Positions 1-8,089 of a DNA stretch of 29,595 nt are shown here, piece after piece. Source of the DNA: an uncultured Gemmatimonadaceae bacterium (lineage in GTDB: Bacteria; Gemmatimonadota; Gemmatimonadetes; Longimicrobiales; Gaopeijiaceae); NCBI GenBank assembly GCA_964615515.1, contig CAZTOF010000740.1, positions 1 through 29,595 of the forward strand. The letters are read 5' to 3'. The translations under genes were made by a program, and so were the position numbers. Each line of letters starts with the position of its first letter. The first letter of the stretch is position 1. A model generated the notes under the pieces. The model did no database searches, was not told the origin of the DNA, and saw only the letters and a program-made list of their open reading frames with translations.

Positions 1-1950
1 GCCCAGTTGCTGGCCGACGAGTTCCCGGGCTACGAACCCGTGGGCGTGGCGGGGCAGATCATCCCCTGGAACTTCCCCCTGCTCATGCTGGCCTGGAAGG
101 TTGCGCCCGCCCTGGCCGCCGCGAACACGGTGGTCCTCAAGCCGGCGGAGTACACGCCCCTCACCGCGCTCCTCTTCGCGGAGGTCGCGCACGAGACCGG
201 CCTCCCCCCGGGGGTGCTGAACATCGTCACGGGCGACGGGGAGACCGGCGCGGCGCTGGTGCGGCACCCGGGCGTCGCCAAGGTCGCCTTCACCGGCTCC
301 ACCGGGGTGGGACGGGAGATCCGGCGCGCAACCGCCGGGACGGGCAAGCAGCTGTCGCTGGAACTGGGCGGCAAGTCTCCGGTCGTCGACGTCGAGAGCG
401 CGGACCTCGAGGCCGCCGTGGAAGGGGTGGTGGACGGGGTCTGGTTCAACCAGGGACAGGTCTGCTGCGCCGGCTCGCGGCTGCTCGTGCAGGAGAGCGT
501 GGAGGAAGAGGTGCACGAGCGCATCCGCGACAGGATGGAGCGCATCCGCGTGGGGCACCCGCTGGACAAGGCGATCGACATGGGCGCGCTGGTGGATCGT
601 GTCCAGCTCGACCGTGTGCAGGGCTATCTGGATGAGGGCAGGCACGACGGCGCCGCGATCTGGCAGCCGGCCCGTCCGGTCCCGCCGGGCGGGCTCTTTC
701 TGCCCCCCACCCTGTGCACCGGGGCCCCCGTGTCGAGCCCGATCGTGACCGAGGAGATCTTCGGACCGGTCCTGGTGAGCCTCACCTTCCGCACCCCCGC
801 CGAAGCCGTCGCGCTGGCCAACGACACCCGCTACGGGCTGGCCGCGAGCGTCTGGACCGAGGACCTGAGCCTGGCGCTGGAGGTGGCGCCCGCGATCAAG
901 GCCGGAACGGTGTGGGTGAACTGCACCAACCGCTTCGATGCCGCCTCCGGATTCGGCGGCTATCGCGAGTCGGGGTTCGGGCGCGAGGGCGGGCGCGAGG
1001 GGATGTGGGAGTACATGAAGCCGGCGGGCCCGGGCCGCCAGACGGACTCCGCAGCCGAGACCGCCAAACCGGCCACCCCCACCCCCTCTCCCCCCCGGGA
1101 CGGCATCGACCGGACCCGCAAACTCTGGATCGGCGGCCGCCAGAAGCGTCCCGACGGGGGGTATTCCCTCACGGTGACCGACCCCGCCGGCACCCCCGTC
1201 GCGGAGGTGCCGCGCGGCAACCGGAAGGACATCCGCAACGCCGTTGAGGCGGCGGGCCGGGCGCGGGCCGGATGGGCCGCGAGCAACGGACACCTGCGCG
1301 CGCAGATCCTCTACTTCGTGGCCGAAAACCTGGCGGTGCGCGCCGACGAGTTCATCGCGGAGCTGTGCCGGTGCGAGGGGGCGGACGAGGCGGCCGCGCG
1401 GGCCGAGGTCGACGCCGCGGTGCAGACCCTCTTCACCTTCGCCGCCTGGGCCGACAAGCACGACGGCAGGGTCCATTCCACACCCTTCCGCAACGTCACA
1501 TTCGCCATGAACGAGCCGGTGGGCACGGTGGGTGTCCGCTGCGGAGAGCGGGCACCGCTGGCAGGCGTGACCGGTCCCGTCGCCGCGGCGCTGTCACAGG
1601 GCAACGTCGCCGTTGTGGTCCTCCCCGAACGGTTCCCCGTCCCCGCCCTGGACCTGGTGCAGATCCTCGAGACCTCGGATGTGCCCGCGGGCGTGGTCAA
1701 CATCCTGTCGGGGATTCACCGCGAACTCCTGCCGACGCTCGCCGCCCACGACGACGTGGACCAGATCTGGGACTTCGCGGCGGACGGGCTGTCGGGAGAG
1801 GTGGAGCGCCTGTCGGCCGGCAACCTCAAGCGCGTCTGGGTGGACCGGAAAGGGGCGGTGGACTGGCTCTCCCCATCGGCGCGGGACGGCGAAATGCTGC
1901 TCCGCAAGGGAACCCGCGTCAAGAATATCTGGGTGCCCTACGGGGTTTGA
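1..1950 (+). CDS. Aldehyde dehydrogenase, two-domain ALDH16-type (5' end outside window)
   Basis: Frame open from base 1. N-terminal ALDH motifs IIPWNFP, LKPAE, FTGSTGVG, LELGGKSP, catalytic NQGQVCCAGSR, EEIFGP. A Pro-rich linker leads to a second degenerate Rossmann-like domain ending KNIWVPYGV. Confidence 0.92.
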   Translation, partial: AQLLADEFPGYEPVGVAGQIIPWNFPLLMLAWKVAPALAAANTVVLKPAEYTPLTALLFAEVAHETGLPPGVLNIVTGDGETGAALVRHPGVAKVAFTGSTGVGREIRRATAGTGKQLSLELGGKSPVVDVESADLEAAVEGVVDGVWFNQGQVCCAGSRLLVQESVEEEVHERIRDRMERIRVGHPLDKAIDMGALVDRVQLDRVQGYLDEGRHDGAAIWQPARPVPPGGLFLPPTLCTGAPVSSPIVTEEIFGPVLVSLTFRTPAEAVALANDTRYGLAASVWTEDLSLALEVAPAIKAGTVWVNCTNRFDAASGFGGYRESGFGREGGREGMWEYMKPAGPGRQTDSAAETAKPATPTPSPPRDGIDRTRKLWIGGRQKRPDGGYSLTVTDPAGTPVAEVPRGNRKDIRNAVEAAGRARAGWAASNGHLRAQILYFVAENLAVRADEFIAELCRCEGADEAAARAEVDAAVQTLFTFAAWADKHDGRVHSTPFRNVTFAMNEPVGTVGVRCGERAPLAGVTGPVAAALSQGNVAVVVLPERFPVPALDLVQILETSDVPAGVVNILSGIHRELLPTLAAHDDVDQIWDFAADGLSGEVERLSAGNLKRVWVDRKGAVDWLSPSARDGEMLLRKGTRVKNIWVPYGV

Positions 1951-1968
1951 ATTGTAAAACCCGCAGGT

Positions 1969-2343
1969 TCACCCTCCCCGCACCAGAGTCGACATGCTCG
2001 TCACTTGCTGAATATAGAGGGTGGCCGATTCTCCGGGCTCCAGGGAGATCGAGTTGGTTCTGAACCTGGTTCCGGCAAGCAGGTCGATCTCCAGAACGAG
2101 TTGGTCCACCGTGGGCCAGAAGAGGTCGAACGTTCTCTTACTGTTTCCGGAAACGACGCCGATCTTGCGTTGAGAACGGCCCAGCGCCTTGATGGTTGCC
2201 TGGTTGTAATTGTGGTTTTGCACGATGAGCTTGATGGTTCCCGAGCCCCCTCCCCCCTCCTCGAAGGGATTGGACACATGGCCCTGCCACAGGCATCCCG
2301 CCACCGTCATCGTCGCAGCCAGCAAGAAGACTCGTCTGCGCAT
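1969..2343 (-). CDS. Small hypothetical lipoprotein
   Basis: MRRRVFLLAATMTVAG-C: basic n-region, hydrophobic stretch and lipobox VAGC; beta-rich mature part; AGAGGAG upstream of the ATG. Confidence 0.75.
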   Translation of the reverse strand: MRRRVFLLAATMTVAGCLWQGHVSNPFEEGGGGSGTIKLIVQNHNYNQATIKALGRSQRKIGVVSGNSKRTFDLFWPTVDQLVLEIDLLAGTRFRTNSISLEPGESATLYIQQVTSMSTLVRGG

Positions 2344-2377
2344 GCCTGTACTCCTCTGTTACGGGTCGAGTCGCCTG

Positions 2378-5300
2378 TCAGCTCACCAGGCGGCCTTTTC
2401 CGATCGGTTCCAGGCCCTTCCGGGCCAGGAGTTCGTCCAGCCTGCCCATATCGTCCCGAATGACGACCTCCATCCGCTCCAACTGCCGGCCGAGCAGGTC
2501 TGAAAGGCGTCTGAAGACTACATACGACTGGTCCGTGGGCCGGCTTTCCGGTCCCTCCACCAGCCCCAGCAGCGCGGCCAGCTTGTTGTTGATCCTGATG
2601 GGGTAGTTGAGCGGGTCCTGGTTGCTCCGGTTCCTGACCTGGTAGATCTCCGCTTCGACCATGCCCAGGTTGTCCTTGACGACGACCGCCAGCGTCCGGA
2701 TTTCGTCGTCGTCGGTCTGTTCGAGCCGGTCATCGACCTGCCCCTTGATATTGCGTATCCTGATCACCGCCTCATTGGCCTCCGAGACGCGATCCCGGAT
2801 CTGGACAGCCAGGTCGAAGCGCTCCCGCAGGTCAGCCTCGGCAACCCCCTCCAGGTTGGGATTGAGGCGGACCTCGAAGTCCCGGCTCAGCGGAGCGCCC
2901 CCGTCCACCGTCATTCGCACGGTGTAGGTGCCCGGCACGGCCATGGGGCCCATCGGGCGCGCCGCCCACATGATGCGGCCCTCGAAGTCCGTCCAGGCCG
3001 GATACCGCAGATCCCAGCGCAGAGTGTGAGCGCCCTTCGTCACCTCCGGGCGATTCCCGCCGCCGCCACCGAAGAACCCGGCGCCGGGACTCTCGTCCTC
3101 CCCGTCGCCTTCCTCCTCGGCCACCCCCTCGTAGCTGCGGACCACCACGCCGTTCGCGTCGAGAACATCGAAGGTCACGCGCTCGGCGTCCTCGGCCAGG
3201 TGGTACCGGAAACGCGCGCCCTGGTCGATTCCGCGAAAGGGGTCGACGGGGTCGTACAGCCACGCCGGAGCGGCGGCGACCTCGTCACCCATCTGCCGGA
3301 GCGGCCCGATGTCCTCGAGCACCCAGAAGGACCGTCCGTGCGTCGCGATCACCAGGTCGTTCTCCTCGACCACCAGGTCCGAGACCTGCACGACCGGGAG
3401 GTTCAGGGAGAGGGGCTGCCAGCGTGCTCCGTCGTCGAAGGACACGTACACCGTGCGCTCCGAGGCGGCGTAGAGAAGGCCGGGACGCTTCGGATCCTCG
3501 CGGGTCGCACGGATGAAGTCGTCCTCGGGCAGGCCGCCGACGATCTTCGTCCACGACTGCCCGTAGTCCCCGGTCTTCCAGATGTAGGGACCACGGTCGT
3601 CGTCGACCAGGTAGCGGATGCCCGACACGTAGGCCTTCCCGGCCGTGTTGGGCGATGCCTCGATGGTGTTGATGCGCACGAAGTCGGGCGCGTCGGGTGG
3701 CGTCACCTTCGTCCAGTCCCCGCCGCCGTTCCGGGTGATGTGGACCAGCCCGTCGTCCGACCCGGCCCAGATCATCTCCGGATCGTGATGCGAGGGCGCG
3801 ATCGCGAAGACGGTGGCGTACGTCTCCACGCCGGTCTGGTCCTTCGTGATGGGGCCGCCCGAGGGTCCCATCGTCGCCGGGTCGGCACGCGTGAGGTCGG
3901 GGCTGATCGGCTCCCAGCTCTGTCCCTCCGTCGTGGTCTTCCAGACCTTCTGCGTGCCCGTGTAGAGCACGTCCGGGTCGTGGTGGGAGAAGACGATCGG
4001 AAAGGTCCACTGCACGCGTTCGACGAGGTCCTCGGACGATTGTCCCATCGGGTTTTCGGGCCAGACGTGAATCGCCCGCCTCGCTCCCGTCGCCATGTCG
4101 AACCGGGACAGGCTGCCCCCGTAGCAGCCGGCGTAGAAGATGTCGAGGTCGACCGGGTGCGGGGCGATGTAGCCGCTCTCGCACCCTCCGACCGCGTAGT
4201 ACCACGTCCGGTCGCCGGGACCGCGGGCCGCCATATGGTTCCAGCCGCGCACCGGGATGCAGGCGGTGGAGTTGTCCTGCTGTCCTCCGCAGATGTGGTA
4301 CGGCAGGTGATTCGTGGTGATCACGCGGTAGAACTGCGCCGTCGAGTAGTCCTGGTCGGTCCAGCTCCGGCCCCCGTTGAAGGTGACGTTGGCACCCCCG
4401 TCGTTGGCGTTGACCATCCGGTCGGAGTCGTCGGGCGCGATCCACAGGTCGTGGTTGTCGCCGTGCGGCACACGGATGCCGCGCGGGAAGGTCTCGCCCC
4501 CGTCACGGGACCGGTACAGTCCCGTGTTCAGGGCGTACATCACGTCCTCGTCGTTGGGGTCGGCGTAGACGCGCGTGTAGTAGAAGGCCCGCTGGCGCAG
4601 CTTGCGTTCGTCGTTCACCCGCTCCCAGGTCTCTCCCGCATCGTCGGAGCGCCACACGCCCCCGTCGGGCTCGTGTTCGACCAGCGCCCACACCCGGTCC
4701 GGATTCGCCGGCGACACGGCCACGCCGATCTTGCCGACCGGTCCCTCCGAGAGGCCGATGTTGGCGGTGATCTCGCTCCAGCTCTCGCCGCCGTCGGTGG
4801 ACTTCCAGAGGCCGCTGTCCTCGCCGCCCGACGACATTCCCCAGGAGCGCCTCCACGCCTCCCAGATCGACGCGTAGATGACATCGGGGTTGGTCACGTC
4901 GACGCTGATGTCCGCCGCCCCGGCCTTGTCGCTCCTGTAGAGGACCCTGCGCCAGTTCTCGCCGCCGTCGGTGGTCTTGAAGACCCCCCTCTCCGGATTC
5001 TCGGCGGAGTGCTTCCCGAACGCCGCCGCCCAGGCGATGTCGCAGTTCTCCGGGTGAATGCGGATGCGCGCGATGTTCTGCGTCTCCCTGAGGCCCACAT
5101 GCTCCCACGTCTCCCCGCCGTCGGTGGACCTGTAGGCGCCGTCGCCCTGCTGGATGTTGCCGCGGAGCTGGGTCTCGCCCGTCCCCATGTAGACGATGTC
5201 GGGGTCGCTCTCGCAGACCTGTACGGCCCCGATCGAAGCGCTGCCGATCTGCCCGTCGGTGACGGGGCGCCAGTTCTGCCCGCCGTCGGTCGTCTTCCAG

Positions 5301-5563
5301 AGGCCGCCGCCCGTGGTGCCCATGTAGTACTCGAAGGGCCGCGCGGCCGAGCCCGCCGCGGCGATGGAGCGCCCGCCCCTGGGAGGCCCCACGCTGCGCC
5401 ACTCGAGCGAACCCCAGAGCTCTTCCGGGTAGGCTTCCTGGGCATGGGCGGGAGGGGGAGACGGACCGGAGAACGCGAGAACACCCAAGGCGAGGGCCGC
5501 GGCCGATGTGAGGCGGCGTGACGTAGAGGTGCGAATCGGACGCTCCTGGACTATTGGTGGCAA
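2378..5563 (-). CDS. Secreted VPS10/sortilin-like BNR-repeat (Asp-box) beta-propeller protein, usually annotated as a glycosyl hydrolase; true start may be ATT at 5536
   Basis: Signal peptide ending AHA-Q; WRSVGPPRGGRS N-terminus; many S/T-x-DGG-x-T/S-W Asp-boxes; HGDNHDLWI and GGQQDNS motifs; helical C-terminus with NPLNYP-like QDPLNYP. Confidence 0.9.
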   Translation of the reverse strand: MPPIVQERPIRTSTSRRLTSAAALALGVLAFSGPSPPPAHAQEAYPEELWGSLEWRSVGPPRGGRSIAAAGSAARPFEYYMGTTGGGLWKTTDGGQNWRPVTDGQIGSASIGAVQVCESDPDIVYMGTGETQLRGNIQQGDGAYRSTDGGETWEHVGLRETQNIARIRIHPENCDIAWAAAFGKHSAENPERGVFKTTDGGENWRRVLYRSDKAGAADISVDVTNPDVIYASIWEAWRRSWGMSSGGEDSGLWKSTDGGESWSEITANIGLSEGPVGKIGVAVSPANPDRVWALVEHEPDGGVWRSDDAGETWERVNDERKLRQRAFYYTRVYADPNDEDVMYALNTGLYRSRDGGETFPRGIRVPHGDNHDLWIAPDDSDRMVNANDGGANVTFNGGRSWTDQDYSTAQFYRVITTNHLPYHICGGQQDNSTACIPVRGWNHMAARGPGDRTWYYAVGGCESGYIAPHPVDLDIFYAGCYGGSLSRFDMATGARRAIHVWPENPMGQSSEDLVERVQWTFPIVFSHHDPDVLYTGTQKVWKTTTEGQSWEPISPDLTRADPATMGPSGGPITKDQTGVETYATVFAIAPSHHDPEMIWAGSDDGLVHITRNGGGDWTKVTPPDAPDFVRINTIEASPNTAGKAYVSGIRYLVDDDRGPYIWKTGDYGQSWTKIVGGLPEDDFIRATREDPKRPGLLYAASERTVYVSFDDGARWQPLSLNLPVVQVSDLVVEENDLVIATHGRSFWVLEDIGPLRQMGDEVAAAPAWLYDPVDPFRGIDQGARFRYHLAEDAERVTFDVLDANGVVVRSYEGVAEEEGDGEDESPGAGFFGGGGGNRPEVTKGAHTLRWDLRYPAWTDFEGRIMWAARPMGPMAVPGTYTVRMTVDGGAPLSRDFEVRLNPNLEGVAEADLRERFDLAVQIRDRVSEANEAVIRIRNIKGQVDDRLEQTDDDEIRTLAVVVKDNLGMVEAEIYQVRNRSNQDPLNYPIRINNKLAALLGLVEGPESRPTDQSYVVFRRLSDLLGRQLERMEVVIRDDMGRLDELLARKGLEPIGKGRLVS

Positions 5564-5664
5564 GAAGGAGTAAAGGTACGGGTGCCGACCGCAGGTGAGA
5601 CCCGCAATACGCCTACGTTACCGGCACCGCAAGGATAGAGCCTGGGACCGTTCGCAATCAAGTG

Positions 5665-5695
5665 GGGACGGCGACTGACACCGGGACGGCGACTG
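5665..5695. repeat. 13-bp direct repeat GGGACGGCGACTG x2, 18-bp period
   Basis: Copies at 5665-5677 and 5683-5695 in the intergenic region upstream of the VPS10 gene. Confidence 0.85.
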
Positions 5696-5716
5696 CCGGG
5701 GAGACCTCGGTAAGAA

Positions 5717-6190
5717 TCACCACCCCGGAAACCGGATCGTGAAGGTCTGGCCGCCCCCCTTCCCGTTCTTTTCTCCACCTTCGCCCGTCTCCCCCCGCAA
5801 CGCCGTCACGGCGAGGAAGACGACTCCGGTCACGATCGCCGACCCGAGCACCGCGCTCCGCCTGGGCGAGAACTCGCGTACCTCGACCGCCAACAGCTCG
5901 TCGCGCGCAACCCGATAGGTGTTCTCCTGCACGAATTCGTCGAAGGTCCCGATCACCCGCCGGGTCCGCACCTCGAGGACCAGGGTGTCTCCGGCCTCGA
6001 CCACGACCCCTTCGACCGAAGCGGTCCGGGGTGGCAGACCCGGTTCCTCCAAAGCGGAGCGGACCGGCACGTGCACCCTGGCCACCGACCCCGGCGCCGG
6101 CGTCTCGACCGGCATGTAGGTGTGGCATCCGGACAGCACGGACACACCGAAGATCGCGACGGCACGGCGCAGGGCCCGGAGCGGCCGCAT
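5717..6190 (-). CDS. Hypothetical lipoprotein with C-terminal hydrophobic helix
   Basis: ATG at 6190 overlaps the upstream stop (TGATG). MRPLRALRRAVAIFGVSVLSG-C has lipobox LSGC; hydrophobic segment SAVLGSAIVTGVVFLAVTAL near the C-terminus. Confidence 0.8.
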   Translation of the reverse strand: MRPLRALRRAVAIFGVSVLSGCHTYMPVETPAPGSVARVHVPVRSALEEPGLPPRTASVEGVVVEAGDTLVLEVRTRRVIGTFDEFVQENTYRVARDELLAVEVREFSPRRSAVLGSAIVTGVVFLAVTALRGETGEGGEKNGKGGGQTFTIRFPGW

Positions 6191-6621
6191 CAGAACCTCA
6201 CGTCCACTGAACGCGGGATCCTCTGGTTGAACACGTAGACGAAGCGCCACGGAGTGTCCGGAAAGATCCCTCCGGATTCGGAGAGCAGGTTGCGGCCGTC
6301 GACCTCCACGTCCACGCTGACGTCCAGGGTGTCGCCCGCGAGCGCCTCGACCTGAACCAGCCAGCGATGGTCTCCCGCGATGCTCATCGCCGTGTCGACC
6401 GGCAACGCGTGGACCACGGTGTCCGAGGAGAACACCTGCACCTGCGTGACGCCCTGGTCGTTGACGCCGGCCACGAAGTTCGTCGCGTAGATCACCTTCG
6501 CCTGGAGCCCGGTCTCGCCACGCATATCGAACGAAACCTGCCTCGGCCACTTCTCCTCGAGAATGTCGCAGGCGATCGTCAGGACCAGGACGGCCGACAG
6601 CAAACCAGCGGCGAGCTTCAT
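6190..6621 (-). CDS. Hypothetical lipoprotein
   Basis: MKLAAGLLSAVLVLTIA-C signal II-like peptide; beta-rich mature domain ending in Phe; translationally coupled to the next gene. Confidence 0.8.
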   Translation of the reverse strand: MKLAAGLLSAVLVLTIACDILEEKWPRQVSFDMRGETGLQAKVIYATNFVAGVNDQGVTQVQVFSSDTVVHALPVDTAMSIAGDHRWLVQVEALAGDTLDVSVDVEVDGRNLLSESGGIFPDTPWRFVYVFNQRIPRSVDVRF

Positions 6622-6658
6622 GACTTCAGGCCGAATGCGGGTGATCGAGGCGGACGGC

Positions 6659-6694
6659 GAGGGCGTCCCGGCGGGCCTTCTCCGGGGCGCCCTC
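6659..6694. other. GC-rich 13-bp inverted repeat downstream of susD (no U-tract)
   Basis: GAGGGCGTCCCGG (6659-6671) and CCGGGGCGCCCTC (6682-6694): 12 of 13 Watson-Crick pairs, 10-nt loop. Confidence 0.7.
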
Positions 6695-6721
6695 CACCCT
6701 CCGGTCGAACTCCATGGACTC

Positions 6722-8071
6722 CTACGTGCAACCATCCTTCCAGTCCTGCTGGTTGGCTCGCCGTTCGATGATCGACACCGGCAACATCACGCCCGGACAC
6801 TTCATGGCGTCCGAAGGGCCCTCCCACTTGGGATCCTTGAGGCCCCACCGGTACATGTCCGCCAGCCGCAGACCCTGCAGCATCACGGTCACACGCCGCA
6901 TGTGCTGCAGCATGTCCATGTTCGAGATCTGGCCGCTGAAGGCCGTGAGCCCGTCCATGGCGCGGATGTGGTTGATGTGCGCCGTGAACATCGCGTCGTT
7001 CCCGCCGGCCAGGGCGTTCTCCGCCAGGATGACGTGCATCATCCGCGTGGAGGCGATGGTAAGGGGCGGATAGATGCCGCCCTTATCCAGGTAGTTTCCG
7101 CCCTTCCACTGGTTCAGCCACTTGATCACCGAGGGATCGTCCACGTCGTCGATCGGGTCCTTGAGCGCGATTCCGTCGATGTCGTTCGCGGCATTGACGG
7201 TGACGATCGACAGGTCGACCTGGTTTTCCTTGCGGTCGTTGACCCAGCTCGCCATGGAGTTCGTAGCGCTGGCGCTGGAGAACGTGAGGTTGTAGAGCCA
7301 GTCGGCCTCGTTGCCCCCCGCCGCCTCGATCACGGCCGCGGCGTCGGTCCCCGCCTCCGCGGAGTTGACCAGCCCATTCCCCGAGGGACTGGGATTGATC
7401 GCGTCCCAGACCGCGCGGGAGTGCCGAGCGCGGGCGCGAACGGCCATCGCGCTGAACACCAGTTCCGGGTTGCCTCCGTGCTGCTGGAAGCTGGTGATGG
7501 CGGCACTCAGGCGTTCGATCCCCTTGTCCAGAACCGTGTGCATGTTGCCGGCTCCGACCGGCGCGCCCGCCTCGGTCTTGTTCGAGAAGGCGAAGTCCTC
7601 CTGGATCTCGCCGATGACCGTGTAGATGATCCCGGAGTACAGGTTCGCGCGCGCAAGGTGGTGCGCCATGGCCGTCTTCAGCGCGTCGGTTTCGGCGTTC
7701 GCCACATGTTCCGTCAGGATCTCGATCGCCAAATCGCTCATCCACCGGGCCTGTCCCATCGACGGGAAGGGCCCATCGATGAACTCGTTGAGCGGGTCGT
7801 CGATGAAGCCCTTGTCGAGGGAGAGCCATGCGTCCCTCGATCCGATCCAGTACAGCTCGTCGGAGGTCACCAGGTAGGGCTGCCAGGATTGCGAAATCGA
7901 CGACGACACCAGGGTCAGCGTCCCGTTCACAACCGCGCCCGCCGCCTCGATCTTGCGAATGTCGTCCTCCACGAGGTCGTTGGGGTTGCTCACGTCCAGC
8001 AGTCCGCACGCCGATACGGCCGGTATCGCCGCCAGCACCGCCGCGCGGGTCAGGAAAGTCTGTCCAGTCAT
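6722..8071 (-). CDS. SusD/RagB family outer-membrane lipoprotein
   Basis: Lipobox VSAC followed by GLLDVSNPN; helical TPR-like content; C-terminal LQGLRLADMYRW and LPVSIIERRAN matching the SusD C-terminal pattern; directly downstream of susC with SD GGAG. Confidence 0.9.
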   Translation of the reverse strand: MTGQTFLTRAAVLAAIPAVSACGLLDVSNPNDLVEDDIRKIEAAGAVVNGTLTLVSSSISQSWQPYLVTSDELYWIGSRDAWLSLDKGFIDDPLNEFIDGPFPSMGQARWMSDLAIEILTEHVANAETDALKTAMAHHLARANLYSGIIYTVIGEIQEDFAFSNKTEAGAPVGAGNMHTVLDKGIERLSAAITSFQQHGGNPELVFSAMAVRARARHSRAVWDAINPSPSGNGLVNSAEAGTDAAAVIEAAGGNEADWLYNLTFSSASATNSMASWVNDRKENQVDLSIVTVNAANDIDGIALKDPIDDVDDPSVIKWLNQWKGGNYLDKGGIYPPLTIASTRMMHVILAENALAGGNDAMFTAHINHIRAMDGLTAFSGQISNMDMLQHMRRVTVMLQGLRLADMYRWGLKDPKWEGPSDAMKCPGVMLPVSIIERRANQQDWKDGCT

Positions 8072-8089
8072 GATCTTTTCTCCTTCCTG

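Noticed and set aside
3026-5521. 831-aa plus-strand ORF, and similar long antisense or off-frame ORFs (6563-8332, 12682-14277, 14350-15834, 24466-26592, 27228-28856)
   Set aside because: They shadow well-supported genes, have Arg/Gly/Pro/Val-biased sequences with no recognisable motifs, and are expected in high-GC DNA with few stop codons.
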